Source: Diadema antillarum (lineage: Eukaryota). From it: a stretch of DNA of 64,000 bases. The notes below the pieces were generated by a model. That model did no database searches. It was not told where the DNA came from and saw only the letters and a program-made list of their open reading frames with translations. The stretch lies in contig NW_027271292.1 in NCBI RefSeq assembly GCF_040938485.1, positions 124,001 through 188,000 of the forward strand, in the 5' to 3' direction. The translations under genes were made by a program, and so were the position numbers. This document shows positions 47,536-60,500 of this stretch, one piece after another. The stretch's first letter is position 1. Each line of letters begins with the position of its first letter.

Positions 47536-48146
47536 TTTTGACTTTTCATTAAAAAAAAGTAATAACCACAACAAAACTTACGACTTTCTGAAGGTTCAAA
47601 TCAAAAAGACGAAAAAAAAATATAACATTCACGGAAATTGCAAATGACTAATCTGTCACCTCTTTTCCAATGAACCAAAAGGTCGGGTGTGGAGATTTTG
47701 CATTTTTAGAGCTAAAATTCAAAGATCTGGTGCATATTTTTCGGGGAATATATTGAAAATGTTGAATTCCAAGTAAGGAAAATGAATATTCATGCAGTGT
47801 GAATGGCTAAATAATTATTGTGGCATCTTTAACCTCTTTTCCGCTTGTACACTGTATACTGTATACTATAAGTCTTTTGAAGTGGACAGAATGGGGAGGG
47901 TATGGGAGGGGGTATGCTTCTACCATGCACAAGACGGAGCTTTTGCATAATTATTGAGCACTAACATTCAACGATCAGGAGCATACTTCGGGGAATATCA
48001 TATAGAAATTTTAAATAAAAACAAACAAACAAACATGAGAAACAACTATTTGTGAGACCATTCAGACACGAATGACTGTAGATGAATAGTGTAGATCGTG
48101 ATATTTCTACGTGTACCTCTTTCCATTCTCCTATACTACACTATAC

Positions 48147-48320
48147 TAGTAGCGGATCCAGGGAGGACCGCACCAGGCGCACCCCCCCCCCCCCCTCCCT
48201 TATTTTTTTGTTGGAACAAAATAAATTTAAAAAAAAAATGGGGGAGGGGTGCGTGCGCCCCTCCTCCATTCAATTTTGTAAACGCGCCCCCTCTTTACAG
48301 AATTCCTGGATCCGCCCCTG
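48147..48320. mobile_element. Short MITE of the CAG(T/G)GGCGGATCC family
   Basis: tagtagcggatccagg ... cctggatccgcccctg inverted ends. Confidence 0.65.
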
Positions 48321-49206
48321 TACTGATTGTTTCCTTTGAAGGCGGTGGAACTGACGGGGGGAAAGGTGTGGGATGAAATTTCTCCTTCCTTCACGTGAGA
48401 GTTAATTAATTTTTAGAATTAAAATTCAACAATCTGGTGCACTCTTTTGGTAAAATTTTGTGAAAGTTTACAAGAAATTAAAAAGCAAGAAAATTAGACA
48501 GTGATATGGTTACCGAACAGTTGAGTATTTGTGCAAGGTTATTTAAAGTGCATGCGCTGACGCGCTTTGAATGATAAAGGCTCTCGCTTACTGTCTGCTA
48601 GTTTTCAAGATTACAAGAAAAGTATGCCTACCCATCCCCGTTGTATAGGGGAAGTGTGGGACTCACAGTTGAGCCACTTTTCACATTTAGTGATACTGTT
48701 CAATAACTATACACAATAATTCATGGATTATTCGTTCGCTGGTACATACTACAACAACTATAGTCAGGCATCATGATAACCCAATAAGACACACACAATA
48801 GCACAAACAACTTGGGGGTAACACTTCAACAAAAATATTTTGCAAAATGGCTCAACTCTCCCTAGATGTGCATTGTGGTGAGAGTTGAGCCCCGGGTTTG
48901 GGAGAGTTGAGCCATTATGCTATAGGCCCTATACAAATTAAGAAGTTCAGGCTTATGAAGGAAAATGACTGGAAACCTATCTAAAGGAAGGATGGTGTGT
49001 GGTAACAGAGGGGGCGAGGGCGTCTGTTCGACGTACGGGTTATCGGATGGATAATGTGGATGTTGCTGGGGTCCACCCACGATCACTATGATCAGGATTT
49101 CTAGATGCACCCGGAGTGGATTTGCGTGATAAGTCAACTGTTGGTGTCGAAGGAAGAAGAAACCACCCGTGGGGCTTCAGCCTTGGCGAGAACACCACAT
49201 ACCTTT

Positions 49207-49590
49207 ATAATAATAATAATAATAATAATAGCTGGTTTTTATATAGCGCATTTCACACTTAAGTGTCTCAATGCGCTTTACAGACTATTATTACCCCGGT
49301 CACTGGATACATGATTTCCAACCAGCACTAAACAGTGCTCATTCTCCACTCCCTGGGGAGCATTCCAGCCAGTCGCAGCCATTTTACAGGCGCGCACATG
49401 CTGATCAACCAACATAAGCTTTCTCATCCTACCGGGTACCCATTTATACTCCTGGGTGGAGAGCAGCAATGTGGATAAAGTGCCTTGCTGAAGGGCAAAC
49501 GTGTCGGGCTTGGCATGGGCTCGAACCCACCATACCACGCTCATGTCGTTCACAGACGAGCGCTCTTATCCACTCAGCCACGACACCTCC
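49207..49590 (-). mobile_element. tRNA-derived SINE with a conserved central core and an (ATT)n tail
   Basis: On the - strand: A-box TGGCTGAGTGG, B-box GGTTCGAGCCC, core CCCTTCAGCAAGGCACTTTATCCACATTGC...CCCAGGAGTATAAATGGGTACC (Meta/V-SINE-like), 3' end GCGCTATATAA...(ATT)n. Confidence 0.85.
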
Positions 49591-50002
49591 ACTTTTCCAA
49601 TATTCCACCTTTCCAATATTCCTCACCTCATCCAATTGCAGATCCCTTTCTTTGACCAAAAAATGACGCTCATTGAGCCACTTGAGGGCTGAGCCACTGG
49701 AATGGAGGGTTGAGCCATGGCACAACTCTCCCTCAACACGTTGGCTCAACTCTCCCCACAGCCGCCTTTTAAACTAACCCTCAAAGCTTACGAAAGTGAC
49801 CACATCAAACCTGTTGAAATTTGTTGAAAGAAACAAGTGATATACATACTATAATTATCTGCCCTGATTCACAATTATCCTCTACCATATAGGTGTGAGA
49901 GAAAACCACATTTCTGACAAGTGGATATTCACTTTTGGTGACCAGAAATGGTTTTTCTCTGACTATTTTTTGTCATGCTTCGTCCAACGTGGATGCCTCA
50001 TA

Positions 50003-51363
50003 CACTCAACCAAAAAAGTAAGTTCCCCCTGGCATTTTTGGATATATCTCAAAAAGCATTATACCGATTTTCATAATTCAAAACGGGAATGGATAGGGAA
50101 TTTTATTATTCATAACACGAATGGCATATCATTGCCACCAGATATCATTATTGGTGTGAAAAAAAAGTATGCATTTTGTGTCAAAATGCATGGAAAAAAT
50201 CGCACTTTACAGTGATTTGCTTTGACTTTTACACAAATAATTAAACAATCACTCATTATTCTGAATTTTTAAGCATGGTCTAATTGCATATTTCTCTATC
50301 TCTTTTCATGAGCATATAGGCCAACAGTGAAGTATTATTGATATGTCCACCATCCGCTTCAATGGCCACCCGGCATCTTTTCCTCATACTGTTAACTAAA
50401 AGTAATTGTACTTGGCGCTGCTCAATGTTGGCCCATGCTCTCTGCAAGATGCGCTGAAATTCTTGCAGTGAAGTGTCATTGGATCTTTCACCTTCTTGCT
50501 CGCTTTCCACTTAATGATATCCCAAAGATTCTCTATTGGATCATACTGCCCTACTTTGGCAAAAGGAAGCAAGTGACATACCATCCGAATTTGAGTTATT
50601 GATGTTTTCATAATTCACATAATGAGCCCTTCTTCCAGGCAAAATTTCATGCAGAAACACCCATCCTACTAAGCAATATGATAGATAAAACATCATAATC
50701 CATTGACGTCGACCAGTGTAAATAACAGACACTTTTTGCTCTTTTACGAGAAATGTCACTTTTGTCACTTGCTTCCTTTTGCCAAAGTAGGGCAGTATAG
50801 TCAGGGGATCTTGCAGGCCACTCCATACGTTAATTCGATGCCATTTCCCTCAACGAACTGATCTACAACTTGAACGCGATGAGGTCATTGTCATCCATGA
50901 AAATTTTGCAGACGCGGCCGCATCGATGCAAAATGGCCATTTTGAAAGCACATTAATGTGATCAACCCAAATTGGAATTAAAAAGCACATGGCTTCAACC
51001 AACAATTTCATACGAAATGGTCTATTGTTTAAAAAGTATGCATAATATCTGTTTAATAGGGAAGCACAATGTACCTGAAGAAATTCCTGAGAATTACATA
51101 ACAATTTAAAAAGGTCATTCGCTAACTTGCAGAGGAAATGTACACAATAAAATGCTTCTTTTTCCCCCATTTTGAAATAAAATGCATTTTCTCACACAAA
51201 TAATGATATCTGGTGGCAATGATATGCCATTCATGTTATGAGTAATGAAATTCTTTATCCAATCCCGTTTGAATTATGAATATCGGTAAAATACCCTTTG
51301 ACTATAGTTTGAGATGTAATTATCCAAAAATGCAAGGGGGGGACTTACTTTTTTGGTTGAGTG
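50003..51363 (-). mobile_element. Deleted Tc1-family transposon with long (~200 bp) inverted repeats and a transposase C-terminal remnant
   Basis: TA|CACTCAACCAAAAAAGTAAG...CTTACTTTTTTGGTTGAGTG. On the - strand: WPARSPD, PIENLWDII, LQRAWANI, LVNSMRKRCRVAIEADGGH. Confidence 0.88.
50546..50795. mobile_element. 250-bp MITE inserted into the Tc1 catalytic motif
   Basis: 33-bp TIR CTGCCCTACTTTGGCAAAAGGAAGCAAGTGACA; flanks CATA / TATA. Confidence 0.85.
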
Positions 51364-52085
51364 CATAGTTATCATAGGCATGAACAAGAAATGGCAGCAG
51401 CTATTAGTCACTATGAAGATGTGAGGTGACCTGGCTCAACTCTCCCACACTTCCCCTAGGTTTCTTCATAAATTACATTGGGGGCAGAAGAATGTTGTTG
51501 TTTTTTTTAACACCGAATTATATGGAAAAAAGACGAAGTGACGATGACGGCAAAATGGTCATTTCGTCGACGAAATGACTGTTTTTGTACCGAAGTATGT
51601 CATGCGTCGGCGCCACAGAACTCTTTCTGTGGTCGGCGCCCCCATGGCCATGGACAGCTCGCACCAGCTCGCAGGCTACTGCATTAGTATCACACAGATC
51701 TAACACTCACTGTGCAACGTACGCAGTTCCAGTGAATATTACGTAAGTTGAGTAGTTTACGGAGTTGAAGTTCATCCTCTTCTGCCTACCAAGGAGGCAT
51801 TGGATTGACGTTCGTGAGGTGTCAGAGTCCAACATTTAGATAAAATGGGAGCACTGCATGCTGCAGAAACACCCTCGGACGCTGTACGTATAACCGCCCC
51901 CTGTTGAACAGATGATTTGCCTTTCCGTCAGAGAAGGCAATCGCCATTCGTTTATAGTTCGAGACCACAAGCACAATAGTCGCCCGATCTTTCCCGATCG
52001 CTCTCCCCGACCGGCGATCACCAGCCACGGCCGCTGTCCAGCCCCTACGCCTACATACATGTTGTAAAGTTTCCATAGAGGCGAA

Positions 52086-52121
52086 ATGGAAGACTTTCTT
52101 CACACACTTGTGGACAATGGA
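52086..52121 (+). CDS. SGPL1: SGPL1b probable first coding exon
   Basis: gcgaaATG MEDFLHTLVDNG|gtaagt, phase 0, at the 3' end of a CpG-rich stretch (about 51.5-52.1 kb). Confidence 0.7.
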
Positions 52122-54534
52122 GTAAGTATGATTGCCTACTTATCAAATGGCCTAAATGTGGCATATGATACAGATGAATATTTGACTTTTCTCCATAAGT
52201 TTTACCGGTAGGCCCTATGCTAACAAGTGCAGATTGTTTGTTGTGCCATGCTACCGCTGTCTAGATCACGTTGATTATGTTGATATGCGCTACTTCCGCA
52301 AGCATGCATGATGACACAGATTGATGAGCACAGAAGAATAATCGAAGAATTCTAAATTGATTTCTAGTATCTTAATTAGACCCCCCCCCCCACCATCGCT
52401 GCATGCATGTTGTATGCATGTTGTCCATTGCCTTCTTTTTGATGCAATGACAATTCATTTCAAGAAGTAGGAATCTATTTGTATTGCTTGTTTGTAACTT
52501 GACCCCCCCCCCCCCAGTTTATACTCAAGATTGCATCTTTAATTGGCCCAGACAATGCCAATGGATGGCATTGCTGTTCATTTGGTGGTTGTTGTATTAA
52601 AACCTGTCCAACACACAAGCATTAGTAATGATGATGTCAGATGGTGATGATGATGATGATAATGATAATTAATGGTAATGATAATAATAATAATAATGAT
52701 AACAGCAACAATAATACATGTATCACTAAGAATAAGAATAAGAATGATAATGGTACCAAGGGTAATTATAATTAAAAGGGTATTTATATTGTATAATGCC
52801 CATTACTGCTCAATCTGAGCACTCAAAGCTAGAAGAGGGTATGAAAAAACTCACACACATCATAAAGAAAAGAGATAGGGGAAAGAAAGAGAATTCAGAC
52901 ATTGAATCATCGATAATCATAATGCTAAAAGTGTGGCCAGAAGCTTCATGTCTGCATATCATGCCCGAAAAGTAAATAACCCAACCAAGAGAGACTATTG
53001 TAAAAGGAAAAAAAGTATAAAAAAGGAAGGAAATTTATGATAACTGACATGATTACAAACATATAAAAAAGACCAACATTAGGAAAGATTAGAGAAATTT
53101 CAAATGGCACTATTATAGCAAGAATTAAGAGGGTATCAATAATAATGTCAGAAAAACAAAGGATATGCCAATGATACACACTGTAGGTGGAAAATAGTTT
53201 AACATAGGGAAACAAAGGTCAATTACAAGTAGAGTATGATCAAATGGAAATTGATAGAATTATGACAAGAAATAAAAGGGAAAGAGTCTACTTTTTGTAC
53301 AGATAAAGATATTTTTAGCATCAAGATATTCTCATTTCCTACACTTGTTAGAAAAAAAAAGAAAAAAAAAATCTAAATTGGTATGACCAGTGTAGGATGA
53401 CAGCAATCACCCCACACTGCCCAGTTATGTTTGTAACTCTCTCGCTGGAAACTAAGGGCACTAGGTAGCACATATGTTCAAAGATGATGTCATGGAAATC
53501 AAGAGGACTTGTGAACAGTGGGAACGGTGAACTATCAAACTCTAATGAGGCAGTCCCTAGTGAATACAGTACCAGGTCTACAGGTCTACAAATGTTAATG
53601 ACTGCTAAGCTTCTTTGTCTTACAAGCAGATCTTGGGACATGAGTCTGTTTAAGGCAGCTCTTGTGGACCCAACAAGTTTAGATAGGACTGTGTGTCTAG
53701 ACTAGCTGGTGTTAGAATCAGATGCAGTTTGTACAAGTGACATCCAGTCCTGCCTGCCATAATATTACTTTGGTGCTTATTGAGTCATATTTCACCAATT
53801 GTAATGAGAATAGTTTATTGTGACTATCAGGCATAAATGAAATAGTTTCACAAGTTATGTGTGTTCTCCAGTAGTTTTCTGCAGCTCTGGTAGTCGCCGA
53901 AACCCTTGATCATGTTGACGATGTCCTTTCGGAATGGCCACCTGTCCAGCTGGTTCTGATTACTGCCATTGCTGTCATTGCCCTTCTCTCTCTTCACAGA
54001 TGGGTATGGGACTCACATTTGAGTGAGTAGACTGATTTCCACAGCATATTCCTATTTTACCACAACATTAATAATAGGATCTATTTTGAAGATTTTTTTT
54101 TTCTAACCTCCCCACCCCAAACTTTCTACCCCTGAAGTTTACTCGTAAGTGTTATTTGTTCATTATCACTGTACAATGTGTATCTTCATCAACAAGCATC
54201 TAAATGTATAGTAATATTAGGGGTAGGGTGTTTAGTCTACAAGTTAATACACATTCAGTGACAAAGTAATGATCTCGGTCATGATAATTTGCATATAGAC
54301 CAGCCATAACTGATGCTGAATGTTTGGTCTATCTACTCGATGACCTCAGTGCATTACAACATATTATATGCTTTTTGTATTACATCTTTATTTATGGCTT
54401 TGTTTAAAGCCATACAACATTTACTTGTTTGTTATTCTTCCATGCCCCCTGGCGGGGCCGTTCAAAAATAAAATTCATTGTCGTTGTCATTGTCATTGTC
54501 ACAACATATCATGCTGACCAACAAGGAGATATGA

Positions 54535-54579
<45 letters not shown>

Positions 54580-57500
54580 GCAACCTCACGTCAAGGGAAG
54601 TCATAGTACAAATTATGGCTGTCTATCTATTCATTGTGTGTAACATCTTATACACCTCTTGGAATGTTCAAAAAGCAATTTTCCTTAGATTTTGTGTGAA
54701 TTTAGCATGAGAGATGAAAGACTACATATCAGTATTTGTGAAAGCATTCTCTTAACGTATGTTTATTACCGGTATTCTTTTAGCCTTGCTTGAAAGAGGA
54801 AAGAGGAAATTCTTCAGGATGCTTCGAAGCGCCCCATACATCGGCAGAAAGGTAATACCAGATGACATAGCAACAATCATATTGTCCTGAACATGATGTG
54901 GACGCTGACATCAAAAGTGTACTGTATACATGGCATATTTCACAATGTTTTTATTTTTCAGGCCATTGGTACAGCTTTCTGCTTGAAGTCCCCCCCCCCC
55001 CCCCCCCTTTGTTCATGTTGTTGTTATTTCACCCCTTTCCTATCCTTCACCTCTTTGTTGTTCCTGATCTTGTTTGATGTTGCCTTCCTATTCATCCTTA
55101 TCCTTCACAGGTTGCCCTCTTTATAATCCCATCACTGGCCTTTCCCCTCCCTTTTGTTTGCTCTACCCTTTTCTTTAATCCCCCCCCCCTTTATACCCAT
55201 TTGGCTCCCTAATTGACACCTAACCTTCCCCATTTGTTTTCTGTGTTCCATGTCCTCTGTATGTTTGTCATTTTGCCTGTGATGAAGATTCTGCTGGGAT
55301 TGAAAGCTAATTCCCCACAAGACTCCTGTTTTTATTTTTGCAAATTTTGCAAGTCAGCTTATACATGTATTTGTGAAAATCAACTCATGAGGATAGTACC
55401 TACTGTAATGCAAATGCTTTGTATGACATTTTCCAATCTTAGAAATCTTAATTTTTTTTCCTGAAAAGGGATAGACTTTGTTCTCATTCTATCACTATGC
55501 GTCTTGATTGTAAATTAAACCACATGCAAAAGTGTCATGCAAGTCCCAGTTCACAAAATATTACACTTCAAAAGGAATATAAATGGCATATATAGTGCAA
55601 CCTCAGTTAACCTAATGATACAATTACTGCGTGTACTATTTATGAATGAAGATTTATCTGCAATACTGCAGGATTTGTCGATGTAATGACTACATGGGCA
55701 GAGTAGTGATAAGTGCAGAAGATTTGTATAATACAAATGTTTGCATTAAGACGACTATAGGGCTACAGACTCTCAAGGAGTCATTTCTAAGAGATATGGA
55801 TTACTTCCAATAATTTGCTATGCAGCTTGTAGGCTAACAAAGTTGTTTGACTTCATTGTTTGATTGCAAATGTCATATGCTCTGTTGTATTTTGTCTTCT
55901 CTTTTTTTTGTGATCATTTTCAAGATTCAAGAGGAGCTGACCACAACAAAAGCCAACATTGCAAAGTCATCCTTCAAGCTTCCCAAGGGACAGAGCTACC
56001 AGACCTGCCTCCCACAGACAGGAATGGGGAAAGATGAGCTCATGGATTGCATTAAGAAAAACTACAAGAATGTTGGTAAGCAAAAGGTTATCATGAGTAT
56101 ATTATACTGAACCAAAAAACAAAGAAATGCAAAGAAAGAAAGAGGCACATCGAATTACTCTACAGAAACAAGTTACTGTAAAACCAGAAATTTTTGTGAA
56201 TTTCGTGAGGAGCCAAGTGCTCAAAATTCAATATGCAGGAAACTTCTTGTCTTAACTATGCATTGAATACCAGTGACAATTTTTGACAATTTCATCCTGC
56301 CAGAAAGGCCGTCTGCTCCAAATCGCGAACATTTCTGTCTGTGACTATTTCTGCTCTTACAGTAAACTTTCCCAAATTAGTCATCTGTCTATAGCTACTA
56401 CTTTTAAGAGGCTGGGCATGTAATCCATGCATCTGACATACAATGCCATACCGCATATCTGTGGTTGTGTTGGTATTAAAGCATAATACCATGTACAGTT
56501 AAGTCTGTCTATAGAGGCTACCTAAGGAGACAGTAGGAGTAGATATTATAGACAGGTGACTGCAATAGACATGCTATCTGACATTTTGTGTGTATTGCAT
56601 GCATGTTCATGTATTGTCATTGCATGCATCTGTAAGCATCTACTGAGCTCAACCTTGATTGTACATCTTCATATGAGTTTAATAAAAAACAAGCACACAC
56701 TACGTAAGAAAAAGGCGATAAAATTCTGCGATGCTTGCACTTTTCACACGGAAAGATAACAAATATTGATAGAAGAAACTTTAATCTTTCTATTGAAAGT
56801 GTTTTCTGGCTCTGTCTCTCTTATGAGATGTTGGCAGTATGTCTTTATAAAAAGCAATACTTTCTATGGGACAGCCCCTTTGTGCAACACAATATGGGTA
56901 GTCATATCCATGTGTGCTGGTTGTGCCTCGTTCCATGCGTCTACACCATATTCTTATGATTTGATATTTTATGTATTAAAATCAGCAGTCCTTCAGACCA
57001 ACGAAGATTGCATTTATGTAGAGGACTGACTGTTGGCACTTGTCCTGTCTTTTTTTTCTGTGCAGAAGAGATAGCATGGCAGGAGGGCAAAGTATCAGGA
57101 ACAGTTTACATTGGAGATGAGAACAAGGAGCTCATGGGCAAGGTAAACATGTCATGAAATAATGTGATGAGCATGGACTGATTCTTAATTTACATTTTGT
57201 GACCAGAAAAAGGCAGTCTTGTGAAAGTAATGCATTTAATGACAATATGAGAGAAGTATAGGAAATGTGTGATGAACATACAAATTTGATGTGATGTGTA
57301 TGACTGGGGTGCACGTCACGAGACCAACACCCACGGGTCGTATACAACCTACAAGTTTTACAGCCCACAAGTCATACAGCTCCCGAGTGAAACAGCCTAC
57401 AAGTCATACAGCCCACAAGATTGACATCAAGTAAAATAGGCCTACGAGTTATACAGCCCATGAGTTCGACACTTACGCAAAAAAAGGCTCACAAGACCGA

Positions 57501-60500
57501 CACTACGTAAACAAAGACACAAAGTAAACTTGCTTCCGTACAGGCACAGTATGCCTGTAATGGGAGAGATTGTAGGGTATTCTTGAAGAAGTGTAATGCA
57601 ATTGATTAATATAGATGGATGATTTAGAGTGAAGTGGTACTGCAGTCCCAAATAATAAATATAGTAATGATGATGATCATGATAATGATTGTGATCAATG
57701 TAGTGATGAGAATAATAAAAAGATTCCCGAATACTTTGCAGGATGGTTGGTATGGTCTATCTGTTTGAGGTTAGGGGTCATGTGCCATTTACAAGCAATC
57801 AACTCTGCAGATTTGTATAGTATTGAGCATTTGCCATCCTGCAACAATATTTTGGGATATTTTGCAATAGCATTTCACATGATAACGTGTCATGTCTTGC
57901 ACTATTAGGCAAATATCAGCATACTGGTGACAATATGTACCTTTTTTCATGACAATCTATGCAGCCATATTGAATAGAACACACAAAGCACATCTTGGCA
58001 TCAGATTTGTAATTGCAATTGATTGACCTCACATTTTATCTGTGATATCAGACTAACTCTGTTCATGCCATGGAATTGCAAACAAATGCAAAGTTGCATT
58101 TGATTCATATGGCTCAAGTAGCAATTGTAATCAGTTGTAACTTTCTAGGTAATAGACCCTTATTGATTTAACTCATCATACTCAAACAAAGAATTATAAA
58201 ACCATAAGGTTAGGGTACTTGAGAAAAGGTCAGAACCAGTTAGACATAACAATTCCAGTAATATTCATGAATCATGGAAGACATTACCAGCGTTGTATAA
58301 CTTGAGTTATTTGTATATTTTCTGCAACTTGCCAAGTACTGCAGTCACAAATATCTTGATTCCAACTAAAGTTTTGATAACCTTTTCAACTTATAACACT
58401 TCCACTTTTTGTCATTGTTAAACTGTTATTCCTCAACTTGCGCATATTAACCATAAGACAGCAATCTATCGTTATTTAGAACATACAGATGTGGCACTTA
58501 CATCAGTGTATGTAGAAGAGTGATGGTAATCCTTGTTGATTATAGGTTTTTGAGATGTTTTCTGGAGCCAATTTGCTACAGCCTGGTGTCTTCCCAGGAC
58601 CACGAAAGATGGAGGCAGAGATTGTGGCAATGTGTTGCAATCTCTTCAAGGGAGGACCTAATGCTTGTGGAACAGTGAGTTGATTGGACCTTTATGGTTT
58701 ACAAGTATGTCTTTACATGTGTGTGACAAATACTACAGCCTAGATTGTGAAGTTAATCTATCATATTTAGCTCTGATAAGTATAGCTCTTGGCCATAATG
58801 AAGTTTCAATACTAAAGTTGTGATTGTATGAAGTGTAGAGTAGTTATATGAGAGGAGATTTGCCAGAATTTTGTGGAACTTAATACATTGCTTCACATGT
58901 AAGAATACATCTCCATTTCTTCCCCATTTGTGGATTAGGGTATACTTTCTCCTTTTTCCTTTTTTATATTACTATTGTTTTGTTTGTTTCTTTGTTGGAG
59001 GGGGAGCACTGTTGATCTTACTCTATCTTGTACAGACATGATGAAGATATGATGAATGTTTAAAGTATATTTACAGCAAAGATCACGAGCATGAAACTGT
59101 TGTGAATATTGCAAGGAGCCAGAATTCGCGTAAAGTAAAATGCACATGAAAGTTTTTATCTACACAATACATTACTTGTAAATGCAAGTCTCAAATTCAT
59201 CCATTTCATGAGAGTTACATGCTGCAAAAAAGGCTGTCAGGATTGTTGATTTTCTAAATTGTGTAGGTGTGATTTATCGTCCGTGGAATATAGTTCAACA
59301 TGATATGAATGAAGCCTGATTATTTCCTGCTATTTTATCTTCGATGGATAAATCTGTGCTGAAAGATTTGTACAGGTACTCCAGGAAATCCTATGAGCTT
59401 GTAGACATGTTATTCAGTATTGTAGCTGGTGTAGAATCGTTTATCATACACATGTGTTTGACAGACAACTTCTGGAGGTACAGAGAGTCTCCTGCTTGCC
59501 TGTCTGGCCTACAGAGAGTATGCAGCAGCCAAAGGGATCACCAAACCTGAAATGTAAGTTATTAGCCTCTATTAGTTTAACAGAGAAACACATCATAGAC
59601 ATTAAGCTCACTACAGTCATCTGATATGTGATACACATTAGGGACAAAGGCCTACATGATACACATTGACCAAGATTGCATGCCTGGATAATGTATCAGT
59701 TTGTGTATTAGCATTGAGAGGCAGATTGGGGAAGACTGATTTCATACCTTTGTCTCCAATCTACTTTCAATATTTTACAGCCAAACATTATTTGATATGA
59801 CCCACACCTTAGTATATACCAGAAAGCACACTGTGGAGACATTTTACTGTGTGACATTATGAATATCAATACTGTGTCTTGCATGTCTTCAACTATCAAG
59901 AAGGGATTTGTCTGCAAATCTTGTCAAAGACTGAGTTTTGCCGCATTTGATTATAACATTTGTGAAATTCTGCAATCACCAGACATTTACACAGGATCAT
60001 TTGGAAATCCTGGGCAACAAATTATAAAAAGTACAGTCTGGTATATGTTGGGTAAACTACAGGAACAAGTCTATGGTTGGTTTTGAAATGAAAATAGAGT
60101 TGATCTATATATTTTTTTTGATTTCTGACAATTCAAATGAAGCATCGTAACTATGGATTATTTCTTTGAAGGAAGCTGGCAAGATGAATTCTATGTCTAT
60201 GGTCCTAGCTTGGATCATTTTATCCTTGTCTTTATAGTCTCCTACCAGACTCTGGACATGCCGCATTTGAGAAGGCAGCACACATGTTTGACATGAGAAT
60301 TGTTCACTCACCTTTGGAAAAGGAGTCTTACAGAGCTGATGTCAAGGTTCGGGACATTAATTTGCCATTTGAAAAATTTTCTGTACTAATTTGACGACCA
60401 CATATGATCCATGTATAGTCTGCATTGGATAGAGTAAAACAAACAATCTCCACTCCCACTACTGTACTCCTTTATGCAATGCATGTCAAGGGAGAACCTC

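Larger units (their letters stand above)
48648..51456. mobile_element. TA-flanked non-autonomous DNA transposon hosting a SINE and a Tc1 remnant
   Basis: TA|GGGGAAGTGTGGGA...TCCCACACTTCCCC|TA with many internal gagagttgagcc / ggctcaactctc repeats. Confidence 0.8.

Noticed and set aside
49500-49590. tRNA gene
   Set aside because: The A and B boxes are the head of a SINE; there is no complete cloverleaf or poly-T terminator and the sequence runs on into the SINE core.
53484-53705. 73-aa ORF in SGPL1b intron 1 as an extra exon
   Set aside because: Exons 52086-52121 and 53875-54022 already join in phase, and no convincing acceptor-donor pair or homology was found.
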